A DNA stretch of 32,845 nucleotides from Octopus bimaculoides (taxonomy: Eukaryota): NCBI RefSeq assembly GCF_001194135.2, contig NC_068987.1:46088114-46120958 (forward strand), given 5' to 3'. Below are positions 11,911-22,614 of this stretch, piece by piece; within the stretch, counting starts at the first letter, position 1; each line of letters begins with the position of its first letter. Under the pieces are notes generated by a model. That model did not search any database. It was not told the DNA's origin and was given only the letters and a program-made list of their open reading frames with translations. A program made the translations under genes and the position numbers.

Positions 11911-12138
11911 TACTCTTTTACTTGTTTCAGTCTTTTGACTGTGGCCATGCTGGAGCACCGCCTTTAGTCGAGCAAATCGACCCCAGGACTTATTCTTTGG
12001 ATGCCTAGCATTTATTCTATCGGTCTCTTTGCCGAACCGCTAAGTTACGGGGACGTAAACGCACCACCATCGGTTGTCAAGTGATGTTGGGGGGACAAAC
12101 ACAGACACACAAACATATATACACACACACATACATAC

Positions 12139-12179
<41 letters not shown>

Positions 12180-12513
12180 NNNNNNNNNNNNNNNNNNNNN
12201 NNNNNNNNNNNNNNNNNNNNNNNNNNNNNNNNNNNNNNNNNNNNNNNNNNNNNNNNNNNNNNNNNNNNNNNNNNNNNNNNNNNNNNNNNNNNNNNNNNNN
12301 NNNNNNNNNNNNNNNNNNNNNNNNNNNNNNNNNNNNNNNNTATATATACACGACAGGCTTTTTTCAGTTTCCGTCTACCAAACCCACTCACAAGGCATTG
12401 GTCGGCCCGAGGCTATAGTAGAAGATACTTGCCCAAGGTGCCACGCAGTAGGACTGAACCCAGGACCATGTGGTTGGTAAGCAAGCTACTTACCACACAG
12501 CCACTCCTGCGCC
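11911..12513 (-). mobile_element. Full-length SINE family A with type-2 tail (assembly gap inside)
   Basis: GGCGCAGGAGTGGCTGTGTGG head, GGTTCAGTCC B-box-like motif, central microsatellite, tail GGCGGTGCTCCAGCATGGCCACAGTCAAAAGACTGAAAC. Confidence 0.92.
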
Positions 12514-13119
12514 TATATATATATATATGTAACTTCGATGTGTGTTGAAAGAATGAGGAAAGGAGTATTCATTGCATATTGTAGAAAATATGTTTTTTTT
12601 TTTAAACTTAATAGTTACCTCAGGTTTTGAATTTCATGTTGCTGTGATCTTATGTTACAAGAGAAGATCACAGTGGCAAGAAATTTAAGTTAGAATGAGG
12701 TACAGCTGTTTATATATGTCCATTTATATAGATTTAGTGTTTTGTATGTGTCTGCTGATTGGTTTTATTTTGTCTTCGTTGATTGGATATTATATTACTG
12801 ACTCTTGATTGGCTGGGGGTTTTCTTTTTGCAGCCTGGTGTAATTTTTGTTGACTTTGGATGTTTGTATTCTGTTTTGCTGTTTATTTTTATTGGATTTA
12901 TGAAGAAATTTGTGTTAATACTGTACTAGTTATTTGCTGAATTTATCAGTTAATCTATGTTTTTAGTCAGGTCTGTTTCTTTCACTTAAACGATATAATT
13001 TAGTTTATGCAAAAATTTGGTAGCGTTTCTTATTGAATTTCGTAGATGCTGATAAAAGAATTCATAGTTGAGTGATGTTTTGTGAATTGACTTTGTTAAA
13101 GTGCGTTTGAATTTTCTTT

Positions 13120-14230
13120 AGATCAAGATTAAAGAGTTTAACGTCTCATAAATGGAACTGCAGCACCACCATTATCAACTGGTTTTGTGATATCAGGAAC
13201 AAAGAAGCCTAAAAACTTTACCTACTTTGTATCGTGAGTGTATTGAAATCTCACCTTTGGCAAGTTCTAGACTTCGAGAGGCAATATATTACAATTAACA
13301 ACCTCGGCATTAGAATAGTTATGAACGCTATGAAGTTACTATTATACCATCACGATTCCTACTAGGTCAGAAAGGAGGTAACCGTTTACTCGACGTCTTC
13401 ACGGGAAACTAAAGGCGGCTGAGGTCGCAGTCTTGTTGAATCACTGATACTGGATAGTCTCGTGAATGCACATCACCCCAAAGCTTAGAGCTGTACACAG
13501 ATGAGTGGCTAGTGATGTCAAGAACGATGAATGAACACATTATGGACAAATTTAGAAAGAACTTATGGTTTAAAAATAACTATCATGACAACCCAAACCA
13601 CATCAACCTCTTGGGAATTACACTGGACCTTACGACTAGCAAATGTTATCCTTAAATAATGTTTAGAAGAGACTGTATATAGAATTCTAGCTACCGAGAA
13701 ATTATAATTAGAAATGTAGTGAAATATATAATCTATCCACAAATAGAGATATCTTCAACATAGCCACAACCCATTATTATAGACGTCCATGAAAGTGACT
13801 TTAAGAGAAATTAGTACATATGGAGAATCCCCAAACCCACCTTAAATGAGAGTTAAGGAAAAAATGCCCTTGTGTAATCGCCCATTCGATTTTGATGTCT
13901 TCACTAATATAGTTATGAATATCTTGTCTCTAATTAAATATCAGTTTTGAAGCAAGTACACATATCATAAACTCTTTATTACACATAATATTATGCTGAG
14001 CTGTAATTTCCTAAACAATATCGCTTGTAACAACAGGCTTTATTCTACATTATTCCGAAAGAAAACAAAGGAGGAAGAAGACTCCAAAACATTTAAATGA
14101 CACTTAAATTCTTCCAAGAAGTATCAGAGAAGCTCCCGACACCAAGATACAATTCAGCAAACACAACTCACTACTCAAGCAAACTATGGAAACTTAAAAC
14201 ATGACTCAAAAGACTACACCAAGTTATGCT
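13120..14230 (+). pseudogene. Penelope-like element, degenerate RT and GIY-YIG region
   Basis: Hand translation across frameshifts: RSRLKSLTSHKWNCSTTIINWF, VLDFERQYITINN, LDVFTGN..GAEVAVLL, NLLGITLDL, NRPFDFDVFTNI...YHKLFITHNIMLS, YSSKLWKLK; same order as Penelope-type ORFs. Confidence 0.8.
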
Positions 14231-15384
14231 ATTAAGCTACATAGACATGGCCTTGGCCAATAATGACTGAAACCTAAGTTATGATACTTTTATCCCAAGT
14301 TCCCTGACACATTCGCCAAAATTCAAGCACCTACTCGCACAGAGCCTTATGCTTCTCCAAGGTAGTGGTCTGTAGGGCGATTCTCACCTAGGGTATTCCA
14401 GATTATGTCACAGGACTTACCACTCTTGTATTCAAGGGAACGTCTGCTCGACACATACACTCCATCGGGTTTACGAATAAGGAAAAATTCACTTCTCATC
14501 GCATTTTACCCGAAAACTTGGAAGTAGGGAATAGCATCGTCCGGTATAACATGAAGCATTCTTGATACAGCACTCCATTATTTGCTAGGGACAGAGGAAC
14601 ACGCAGCCATCACTTTTGTCTCTGCGAGAAACTGCACATATTGCAACAGTTAGATGTCTCCTTTTGAAAAAGAAAATGAACTGTCATTCTGCTGCTGCTA
14701 GCTGGGCTCCCACTTTTGGCCAACTTTAAACTGCAAGCTGTTAATATTATCTAATTAGTTTTTGCCCTACATATATCAACAGCCCACTTCTTTCCTCTAC
14801 ACGATACCCGAACTGCCTTCCTACTGTCTACACAAAATTAATTCCAAGTTATGAGCTACTAATATTTTCCATAAACTATCAATAACTGCAATCTTTCAGG
14901 CTTCTATACAAACTTTTACTCTGATCGGAAAGTGTGTTCAAAGTTAGTACTTCGGCAGTTGGCACCTAATTTGAAGGCGATAAGGGTGAATCTACTGGAA
15001 ATGGTCGAAACCAACGAAAATACTTCATCGTTTTTTCGATCTAATAACAGAAGAGGAAATATGGCCGTATTTTATAAACCAGAAACGAAAGTGCAGTTCC
15101 CGGAATGGAATTACACCTCTTCTCCAGGGCCTAAAACGTTCAGGAGCTAGCGATGCTGTAAAACTAGTTTTTAAACATAGAATAGTAACCAAGGGGCTCC
15201 ATAGAAAAAATGGTCAAGAACCCCTAATCTAGAGGATGACCTACCCTACCACTATGTTTAATTTGAACGAGCTACGTCAGTTAATATAACCGGCTACAGC
15301 GATTTTTGAATCCTCATATGCATGTATAAGTGCATAAAATTTGTGCTTAAATACGCACACTTATATATATACATATAAATATAC

Positions 15385-15420
<36 letters not shown>

Positions 15421-15430
15421 NNNNNNNNNN

Positions 15431-15465
<35 letters not shown>

Positions 15466-15644
15466 TATGTATATATAGATATATACATGAAAATATACAT
15501 GTATATATGTATATGATATATGTGTGTGTGTAGAAATATGTATACGTACATATACAAACACACGCGGCCATCTTTTATTAATTAAATGATTCCTTATAAA
15601 TGTAAAACAGTTTCAAGATATTCTTGTATTTCTTCGATGTCTAG

Positions 15645-15755
15645 ACTTAATAAAAGATGGAACCAGAAGTGAGCAACCACGTGCTGGTACTGGGAAACCA
15701 CGTGATGGTACTAGAAAACCAAGTGGTGATATTGGAAAACTATGTGGTGATGAAG
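15645..15755 (+). other. Candidate 111-bp phase 1-1 exon with 21-bp internal repeats
   Basis: Pyrimidine-rich tract plus TAG acceptor; AAG|GTTTAC donor; open frame LIKDGTRSEQPRAGTGKPRDGTRKPSGDIGKLCGDE; no homology recognised. Confidence 0.3.
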
Positions 15756-16185
15756 GTTTACTCGTCTAAGCGTTTGAATAAGGTGTCGGTGATAAAAGGA
15801 ATATTGTTAATAGCAGTGTTGGATTTAGGACAAATGAGACCATGTGCTAGTTAAGTGATGAGGCCCCTTACTTGGACAATCAGTCATACATACTCAGAAA
15901 ATTTAGGAGTTCGCATTATTAATTTCATTTTTATAAATTTTAGGAAAAAAATTTGAACGTTTGACATTTGAAAAATTCATCGTAAAACATTTGGTGGGCA
16001 GGAAGATGGACCTCCCCACCTGCTCAAGAACACCTAAGCACATTGGAAAATCTGGCACTGGTTAGTGTCAAGGGTTACTAAAAGTGTGTTGATGTCTGTT
16101 ATTTCTTCATTGGTCGGGATTCCTACTCGTTCTATACCTCTCCCCCTTTCAGGATGGTACTAACTGAATAATATTGATAGTAAAT

Positions 16186-16382
16186 TATCCTTTCTGCTAC
16201 AGGCACAAGTCCTTAAATTTTAGAAGATCCCAGTGCTGAACTGGTACTTATTTCATCGACCTCGAAATGATAAAATGCAAAGTAGACCTCGGCGGAATTT
16301 GAACTTAGAACGCAAAGTGGGACGAAATGCTGCTCAGTATTTTTATCCAGCATGCTAACGATTCTGTCTGCTCGCCATCTTA
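16186..16382 (-). mobile_element. tRNA-derived SINE family B
   Basis: Reverse complement shows A-box-like and GTTCTAAGTTCAAATTCC B-box-like motifs, core GAGGTCTACTTTGC, 3' end CTTGTGCCTGTAGCAGAAAGGA. Confidence 0.85.
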
Positions 16383-16406
16383 GGCTTACATAACAACAAC
16401 AATAAT

Positions 16407-16600
16407 AATCCTTTCTACTATAGGCACGAGGCCTGAAATTTTATCGGGAGGGGACTAGTTAATTACATCAACTCCAATGCTTGACTGGTGCTTAATTTAT
16501 CAATCCCGAAAAGCTGAAAGTCAAAGTCGACCTCGGCGGAATTCAAACTTCGAATGCAAAGCCGAAAGAAATGCTACTAAGTATTCTGTGCGGCGTGATA
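16407..16600 (-). mobile_element. tRNA-derived SINE family B (adjacent copy)
   Basis: Same sequence as 16186-16382, preceded on + by an (AAC)/(AAT) tail. Confidence 0.85.
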
Positions 16601-16804
16601 ACTTTAGTGAGGGTGGTCACTAGTTTAAAGTATGAAAGTGTTCGTGAAAAAGTCCAGTAAATGCGCTTTTGAAAAGCATGTGCAATGGAATATCAGAAGA
16701 CAGTTTTTAAACAAATAATTTGATTTATTAAATTATTACAAGAGCTAATAAGTAAAAAGAGTGTAGCCTGTATGTATGTGAGTCAGGTAAAGGATTATAA
16801 CTTA

Positions 16805-17214
16805 CGTTATATATACGTTAGATTCAGTTGGAAGTCGTTTTATACGTTAGCTTCAGTTGGAAGTCGTAATAAGCTAATAGGAACGGAGCTAGCTTAAACG
16901 AAAATGTACCGTTTATTGAGGAAGAGTTGTGGCTGGTGTCATCCAGAATTTTGCGGAGCGAAATTAGCATAAACGAAATAGGCTGTTCAAAATGTAACAA
17001 ATCAAGAGCCGATGAGTTAGCTGTGCGAAGATGGTGGGGAAAAACCAAGAACTGTTCCATGTAGAAAGAGGGATGTTGCTGTTCTGCCGTCTTTCCGCTA
17101 ACTACTTGCAACTCCCGCTTCTCTTCATAGGCAGAGAACAGCCTCTAGTATTTATACGCGCCTAGCCCTGATTGGCTGGCGTATGCCATGGCACAACTGT
17201 GCTATGACGCGACA
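16805..17214 (-). mobile_element. Probable solo LTR (410 bp)
   Basis: Minus strand starts TGTCG and ends ATAACG (CA>CG); 5-bp flanks ACTTA/ACTAA; CCAAT 17171-17175, TATAAATA 17149-17156, AATAAA 16912-16917 in LTR order; 29-bp tandem duplication 16812-16867. Confidence 0.6.
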
Positions 17215-17729
17215 ACTAAAATAGCTTTCCTGATTCATTGTGTAACGATTCTGCTAGCCACAATGATTTGATTCTAGCAACTATACATAAAACTTGCCCC
17301 GTATTTGTCTCTAAATAATCGTTAGTTTTGAAACTTACCCAATGATTCCTAAATTTAACCTCAACAATTGTAATTTGACCCTGTGTCATCTTCTTTCCTG
17401 TTCCCATCTCTCCCCCTCCTCATTTCTCACAACTCTATCTTTTTACTTTTACCAGTGAAGAAAAAAGTAATCGACGCCAAACATTAACGATACTTCTGAC
17501 TTCACTGTGAATCACTTATTCAAACGCCCACACAAAAGGCCTCCTCTTCTCCTTTAACCTATGTGATTGTCTAGGAACACCACGTGGTTTTGCTCGTACT
17601 GCCACATAGTTGTCTACTTATACGTGGGTCGAGCGTGTCAAAAAATACAAGAATTTACTGATATAGTTTTCACAATTGCAAAGCAATGAATTGAGTACTT
17701 TCTTGATCGATGACCAAGATATATAACTG

Positions 17730-18780
17730 ATATGTATGTATGTTTCCTTCTATTTAAAATAATTTTGAATTCGTCGTGAACGGAAGGACCTCGTTTTTGA
17801 CAATGATACGAAGCTCCATCGCTGGAATCTAGATAACAGAAATAATGTCACATGTTGAGAGAAGTTCTGCATATATTTTATTGTTTTGCATATATTTTAT
17901 TGTTCAGGTTACAAATTGTATTTTTAATGTGTGTTAGCTTTTCCGGATTGCTACTTGGGTATTTACTAACAAAACCAAGTACACCAGTTGTTATTGGTCT
18001 AAATGTGAATTTATTATCTAGATGTAGAAACTGCAGGTTTCAAAGCAGTTGTCCATAGTTATCCTCTTACCCTTTGATTTTCGAAAAGATATTCACATCA
18101 GCAGAGCAGCTGACCTATATGATGGTACATACTTGTCTGTCTCAAGTAATTATATCTGGCCTGTTATGTTTGCACTTTGAAATGTTGTTGGGAAGTTCCC
18201 ACTAATATTCCTTGTAATGATGTTTATATATGTATGCAACAACAAGCGGATTCTCCAAATTTTCCCCAGGACAGTTTTTTTTTTCGAATTGCATTGCATA
18301 TTGTTTTAGCGACATCGTCGTGTCGTATAGGGTGGCAGTACTTTTTTGGAACAGCTACTGATCACATGTGTGATGTCTTCCACAGAAATGTAACGTAATC
18401 GACAACTTTCGGTTGCATCTTGGGGCCCCAAGGTTTCACTGTTTCATTAACTTATACGGCATTTTGTAGCAATCTCCTTCACTTGGATTGCAAACGCACA
18501 ACCTTCGAAGTTTGATGTGATGTAGCGGTCATAAGTACTAGAAAGTAAATACTTTATGTCGATATTTGTCATTTTCTAGACTGCAGGGGAACATCCCTAC
18601 ATAGCTCGTTTTTAGTATGCTAAGCGTTTCACACCCAGATCTTTGAGGTTTGTTAGCCCAGTTGTTCTGAGGGTTGTATGGGAAATTGTTAGCATCCCTC
18701 TTAGAATCTCACAAGCGACACGTAGGATGTTGTTCTCTTCGCTTTTCAGCACTAGCTTTATATATCTATTTTCGTTCCAG
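17730..18780 (-). pseudogene. RLE-type non-LTR retrotransposon 3' end (R4/Dong or NeSL-like)
   Basis: Hand translation ITSNFEGCAFAIQVKEIATK, SCRLRYISVEDITHVISSCS, IRHDDVAK, KCKHNRPDII, *VSCSADVNI...EDNYGQLL, KICRTSLNM* (stop 17848-17850): CCHC knuckle plus PD-(D/E)xK endonuclease, many stops. Confidence 0.85.
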
Positions 18781-18787
18781 TTATTTA

Positions 18788-19140
18788 ATTGGCCCAGTGG
18801 TTAGTGCAGCGGACTCGCGATTTCGATTCCCAGACCGGGCGTTGTGAGTGTTCATTCACCGAAAACATGTAAAGCACAACGAGGCTCCGGCAGGGAGTGG
18901 TGGCGAACCCTACTGTACTCTTTCACCACAACTTCCTTTCACTCTTTCTTATTATTTCTGTTGTACCTGTATTTCAAAAGGTACAATACCGTGTCATGCT
19001 GAATCTCCCCGAGAACTACGTTAAGGGTACACGTATCTGTGGAGTGCTCAGCCAGTTACACTTTCATTTCACGAGCAGGCTGTTCCGTTGATCGGATCAA
19101 CTGGATCCCTCGTCGTCGTAACCGACTGAGTGCCACGACG
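18788..19140 (+). mobile_element. tRNA-derived SINE family D
   Basis: TGGCCCAGTGGTTAG A-box, TTTCGATTCCC B-box, 3' end GTCGTCGTAACCGACTGAGTGCC. Confidence 0.8.
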
Positions 19141-19146
19141 ATATGC

Positions 19147-19182
<36 letters not shown>

Positions 19183-19206
19183 GCATATCTGTAAATAAAT
19201 AAATTA

Positions 19207-19491
19207 ATGTAGACTTACCTTGTATTCAATATTTCGGGGTTATGACCCCATTTTCAAGAAATTAATGAATGTGTGCGTGTTTGTGTGGCCTCAGAGATTC
19301 TAAGGTTGCCCCTGTTCCGCTGTGTTGCCTTGATGTGCACTGTGAATTCCTGGGTCTGACATTTCTGTAGATGTTTCTTCACGGAAATGTCTGCCTGCTT
19401 GTGTTCCTTAACACACATATCGGCAACATTTGGTAATTTCTTGAAAATAGGGTCATAACCCGGAAATAATGAATACATGGTAAGTCTACAT
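19207..19491 (-). mobile_element. Mini Penelope-like insertion with inverted 58-bp termini and HHR motifs
   Basis: 19207-19264 is the reverse complement of 19434-19491 (4 mismatches); internal peptide CVKEHKQADISVKKHLQKC...F.V.I...NLRISEA resembles a GIY-YIG C-terminus. Confidence 0.7.
19221..19264 (-). ncRNA. Minimal hammerhead ribozyme with U3-A8 core variant
   Basis: TAATTTC-TTGAAAA-T-GGGG-tcataa-CCCC-GAAA-TA-TT-GAATAC. Confidence 0.6.
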
Positions 19492-19679
19492 AATTCATAT
19501 ATTTGTTTTCTTGTGATTTGCTTTGCCTTTACTTCGCATTGTTGTGGCTTTACTCACGATCCTTTATACAATATATTCTGCACAATGCTCCACAATAATT
19601 ATTCCATTATAAAGTGTGTGTGTGTGTAGCAATAATAAATCTCTGAACGAGATGTTCCCATTTCCAACCTGACGTGATA

Positions 19680-19724
19680 CACACGGACCCGAGTTTCTGG
19701 ATATTGCCCCGTCATCAGCGCATG
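19680..19724 (-). ncRNA. Type I hammerhead ribozyme, copy 1
   Basis: CATGCG-CTGATGA-CGGG-gcaata-TCCA-GAAAC-TCGG-GTC-CGTGTG; 6-bp stem I, GUC triplet, C.A mismatch at the base of stem II. Confidence 0.8.
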
Positions 19725-20034
19725 ACACCCACCGGCTGGTGATGGGAGACGATTTCTCAATGCAAATATATATACTTTTTCCAGAGACGAAAAGTCACTG
19801 ACCTCGAAAAAGGAGAAACAAGCAATAATAAATATGAGCGAGATGTAAACAGTAGCAGCACAACATCGTGGGGTACATTTACCACCTAAATATGGCTGAC
19901 CATAAATGGACGATGCTACTGTAGTTTATAGCCCCAGGAAGACATCTCTTCCAGCTGGTTATTGACACACTGTCTGTGCCCTATAGGTATTTGCAAAGGG
20001 AAACCATCGTTCCCATCTCTAGCCTGATGTGATA

Positions 20035-20079
20035 CACACAGACCCGAGTTTCTATGTATTGACCCGTCATCAGCGCGTG
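20035..20079 (-). ncRNA. Type I hammerhead ribozyme, copy 2 (stem II decayed)
   Basis: CACGCG-CTGATGA-CGGG-tcaata-CATA-GAAAC-TCGG-GTC-TGTGTG. Confidence 0.7.
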
Positions 20080-20184
20080 ACAACCATCGGCTAGTGATGG
20101 GAGACGATTTCTCAATGCAAATATATATACTTTTTCCAGTGACGAAAAGTTACTGATCTCGAAAAAGGAGAAACATAATATATA

Positions 20185-20863
20185 ATGGGTCATCCTATAA
20201 ATAATGAGGTTTTCTCAATTGCATGAACTAAAAGTCGGGGGTGGGGACGGGATAAACTATCTGCATCAACTTGTTATGAAAGCAGTTAATAAAGTGTGAG
20301 GAATATTAATGCAGTATATGGAGATCGGACAATAAGTGTAAGCCAGTGTCAACGGTGGTTCCAGAAATTCTGAACCGGAATTTACAGCCTAGAGGACGAT
20401 CCTCGTCCTGGAAGATCTGTAGAGCACGACGAGGATGTCCTGCAAACCCTGGTGGAATCCTATCGTAACTGTTGAAGAACTCGCAGAGAAGCTTGGATTT
20501 GGTCATTCAACTAGTCAGTCAAGTCCGCGCTAGAAGAAAAACGACCATCTCTGGTTTCAATTCGAGAGGTATTCTTCCATCAGCATAATGCTCAGCCACA
20601 TTCCAAAGGCTGAAGCAGTTTGAATGGGAAACAATACTCCACCCACCATATTCGCCGGATATTGCCACGTCTGATTATCAGTTATTCTGCATTCTTCAAA
20701 ATCATTTGGACGGAAAAAATATGAATACTGTAGACGAGGTCAGAACAGTATCGGAGGAGTATTTTTCACCACGGACAAGTGAATTTTAGAAGAACGGTCT
20801 TGCAAGTCTACCAGGAACGTTTTTATCTTAATTTCGAAAAATAAAATATTTAAGGGATGACCC
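20185..20863 (+). mobile_element. mariner element, internally deleted
   Basis: TIRs GGGTCATCC...TAAATA at 20187 and inverted, ending at 20863; peptides VYGDRTISVSQCQRWFQKF, LEDDPRPGR, TVEELAEKLGFGHST, HQHNAQPH, HPPYSPDIATSDYQLF. Confidence 0.93.
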
Positions 20864-21030
20864 NNNNNNNNNNNNNNNNNNNNNNNNNNNNNNNNNNNNN
20901 NNNNNNNNNNNNNNNNNNNNNNNNNNNNNNNNNNNNNNNNNNNNNNNNNNNNNNNNNNNNNNNNNNNNNNNNNNNNNNNNNNNNNNNNNNNNNNNNNNNN
21001 NNNNNNNNNNNNNNNNNNNNNNNNNNNNNN

Positions 21031-21061
<31 letters not shown>

Positions 21062-21063
<2 letters not shown>

Positions 21064-21470
21064 GTGGGTGTGTGATTAAAGAAGTTTATTTCCTAACTTC
21101 ATGGCACCATGAGTGTCTTATACTCTTGAGACCGACGAAAGCCTTGTGAGTGGGTTTGGCAGGCAGAAACTGAAATAAACTTATTGTATACTTATATGTA
21201 TATATATTGGTACATATGAGTGAGTGTATGTGTTAGTGTGTTAACATTGTGTGATAGTTGTGAACAAGCATAGCCAACATACTAGCAGCTTATCTTCGTT
21301 TCCAATCTGCTGCAGGAACATGTTTGGTTATAGGGAGATTTTACCTTACTTGGAAAAAAGTGAGCATTGGCAACAGGAAGGGCATCCAACACCTGTAGAA
21401 AATCTGCCTCAACAAATTCTGTCTAAGCTACCATAGCATAGAAAAGTTAAATTGACGACAAAGACAATGA
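21062..21470 (+). mobile_element. Diverged SINE family A with type-1 tail
   Basis: Family A head followed by CAGGAAGGGCATCCAACACCTGTAGAAA. Confidence 0.75.
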
Positions 21471-21479
21471 TATATAAAG

Positions 21480-21900
21480 AAGGAAGGAGATGGCAAAGGT
21501 GGGCCATTTTTTGCAGTGGCTGCTAGGGTGAGATGTGCATGGAAGAAGTTTTGGAAGCAGAGTAGCATTGTTATAAGGAGAGTATATGTTGAATGTGTGA
21601 GATGTAGGGAAGGGATTAAATGCATGCAAAACAGCAGGGAAAGTTAGAGAGAACAGAAATGAGAATGTTTTTGGTAGATGAGAGAGAGAAGATAAACATT
21701 TGGTTGTGTAAAATGGAAATAAATCAAGTGGTGAATGTTGTGAAGAGAAATGGGATGAAGTGACTGGGTTTTCTTCTGAGAAAGAATGAAAGAGATTGGT
21801 TGATGGAAAGAGACACGGAAATAAGAAAGACATAGCTAAAGGAAATCAAGGAGAAAATGAGAACAAGAGTGTTAGGAGCAGTTATGTAAAGGATGAAAGC
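21480..21900 (+). pseudogene. Highly decayed RTE-type LINE C-terminal fragment
   Basis: AVAARVRCAWKKF and ERTEMRM motifs in the expected order. Confidence 0.5.
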
Positions 21901-21959
21901 AATGTTAACAATTCTGCCAGGTTTCTGCCTTAATAAAAATAAGAATACAAATAGTAATT

Positions 21960-22255
21960 ACGATTTCAAAGTATAGCACTGTGCCAGCAGTGTTTTTGAG
22001 GGTATGAGGAAGTCAATTACATTGACCCCAATACTTGACTGGTAGTTATTTTATAAACCCTGAAAGGATGAAAAACAAAGTTGACCTCAAAGGAATTTGA
22101 ATTCAGAACATAAAGACAAGTGCTGCTAAGCATATTTACCCATAGTGCTGATGGTTCTGCCAGCTCACCACCTTCATGATACAAATTCTTTCTAATATAG
22201 GCACAAGACAAGAAATTTTGTGGGGAGGGGCTAATTGATTGTATTGACGTCAGTG
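21960..22255 (-). mobile_element. SINE family B copy plus a 3' fragment of a second copy
   Basis: Matches 16186-16382. Confidence 0.8.
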
Positions 22256-22274
22256 CCATGATAATAATAAACAA

Positions 22275-22610
22275 TGTAAGATCATAGACTTTGCAATATC
22301 ATATGATAATAGAGAGGATATCAAAGAGATTAAGAAAATTGAGAAATATCAGGACCTAGTTTAAAAGATTGTGAAAGACAGAGGTGACGACTGTTCCTGC
22401 AGTGATGGTGCATGTGGTACAACACCCAAAATACTACCTAAGAGGCAGAAGGATACTGGAACTGAGGCAGGCATTGTTGACCTGAAGAAAAGTGCAATCC
22501 TGTATTCTGCAAGAATATTAAGAAAGGTTCTTCAGACTTGAGGAGCTTTGCTGTCATCAAACTTCAAGGCACCATCCCTGATAATCAAATAAACTTTGAT
22601 AATAATAATG
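22275..22610 (+). pseudogene. R4/Dong-like RLE retrotransposon 3' end with (AAT)n tail
   Basis: CKIIDFAISYDNREDIKEIKKIEKYQDLV, VPAV.GACGTTPKIL, LKKSAILYSARILRKVLQT* (stop 22539-22541); AAT repeats on both sides. Confidence 0.82.
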
Positions 22611-22614
22611 ATTT

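Larger units (their letters stand above)
19654..20175 (-). repeat. 355-bp period tandem (about 1.5 monomers) with two hammerheads, retrozyme-like
   Basis: 19654-19820 repeats at 20009-20175, offset exactly 355. Confidence 0.85.

Noticed and set aside
12040-12548. ORFs spanning N runs (also 20857, 23032-23388, 24349-25041)
   Set aside because: Open only because of assembly gaps.
14900-15150. Acceptor-preceded 83-codon open frame (GFYTNFYSDRKVC...)
   Set aside because: No homology or compatible neighbouring exon; length is within chance expectation.
15191-15226. Possible hAT terminal remnant (GGTCAAGAACCCCT)
   Set aside because: No partner end or TSD found.
6700-22541. Frequent Trp-to-stop changes in TE remnants, suggesting deaminase hypermutation
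   Set aside because: TGG becomes a stop by either of two single transitions, so this is expected under neutral decay.
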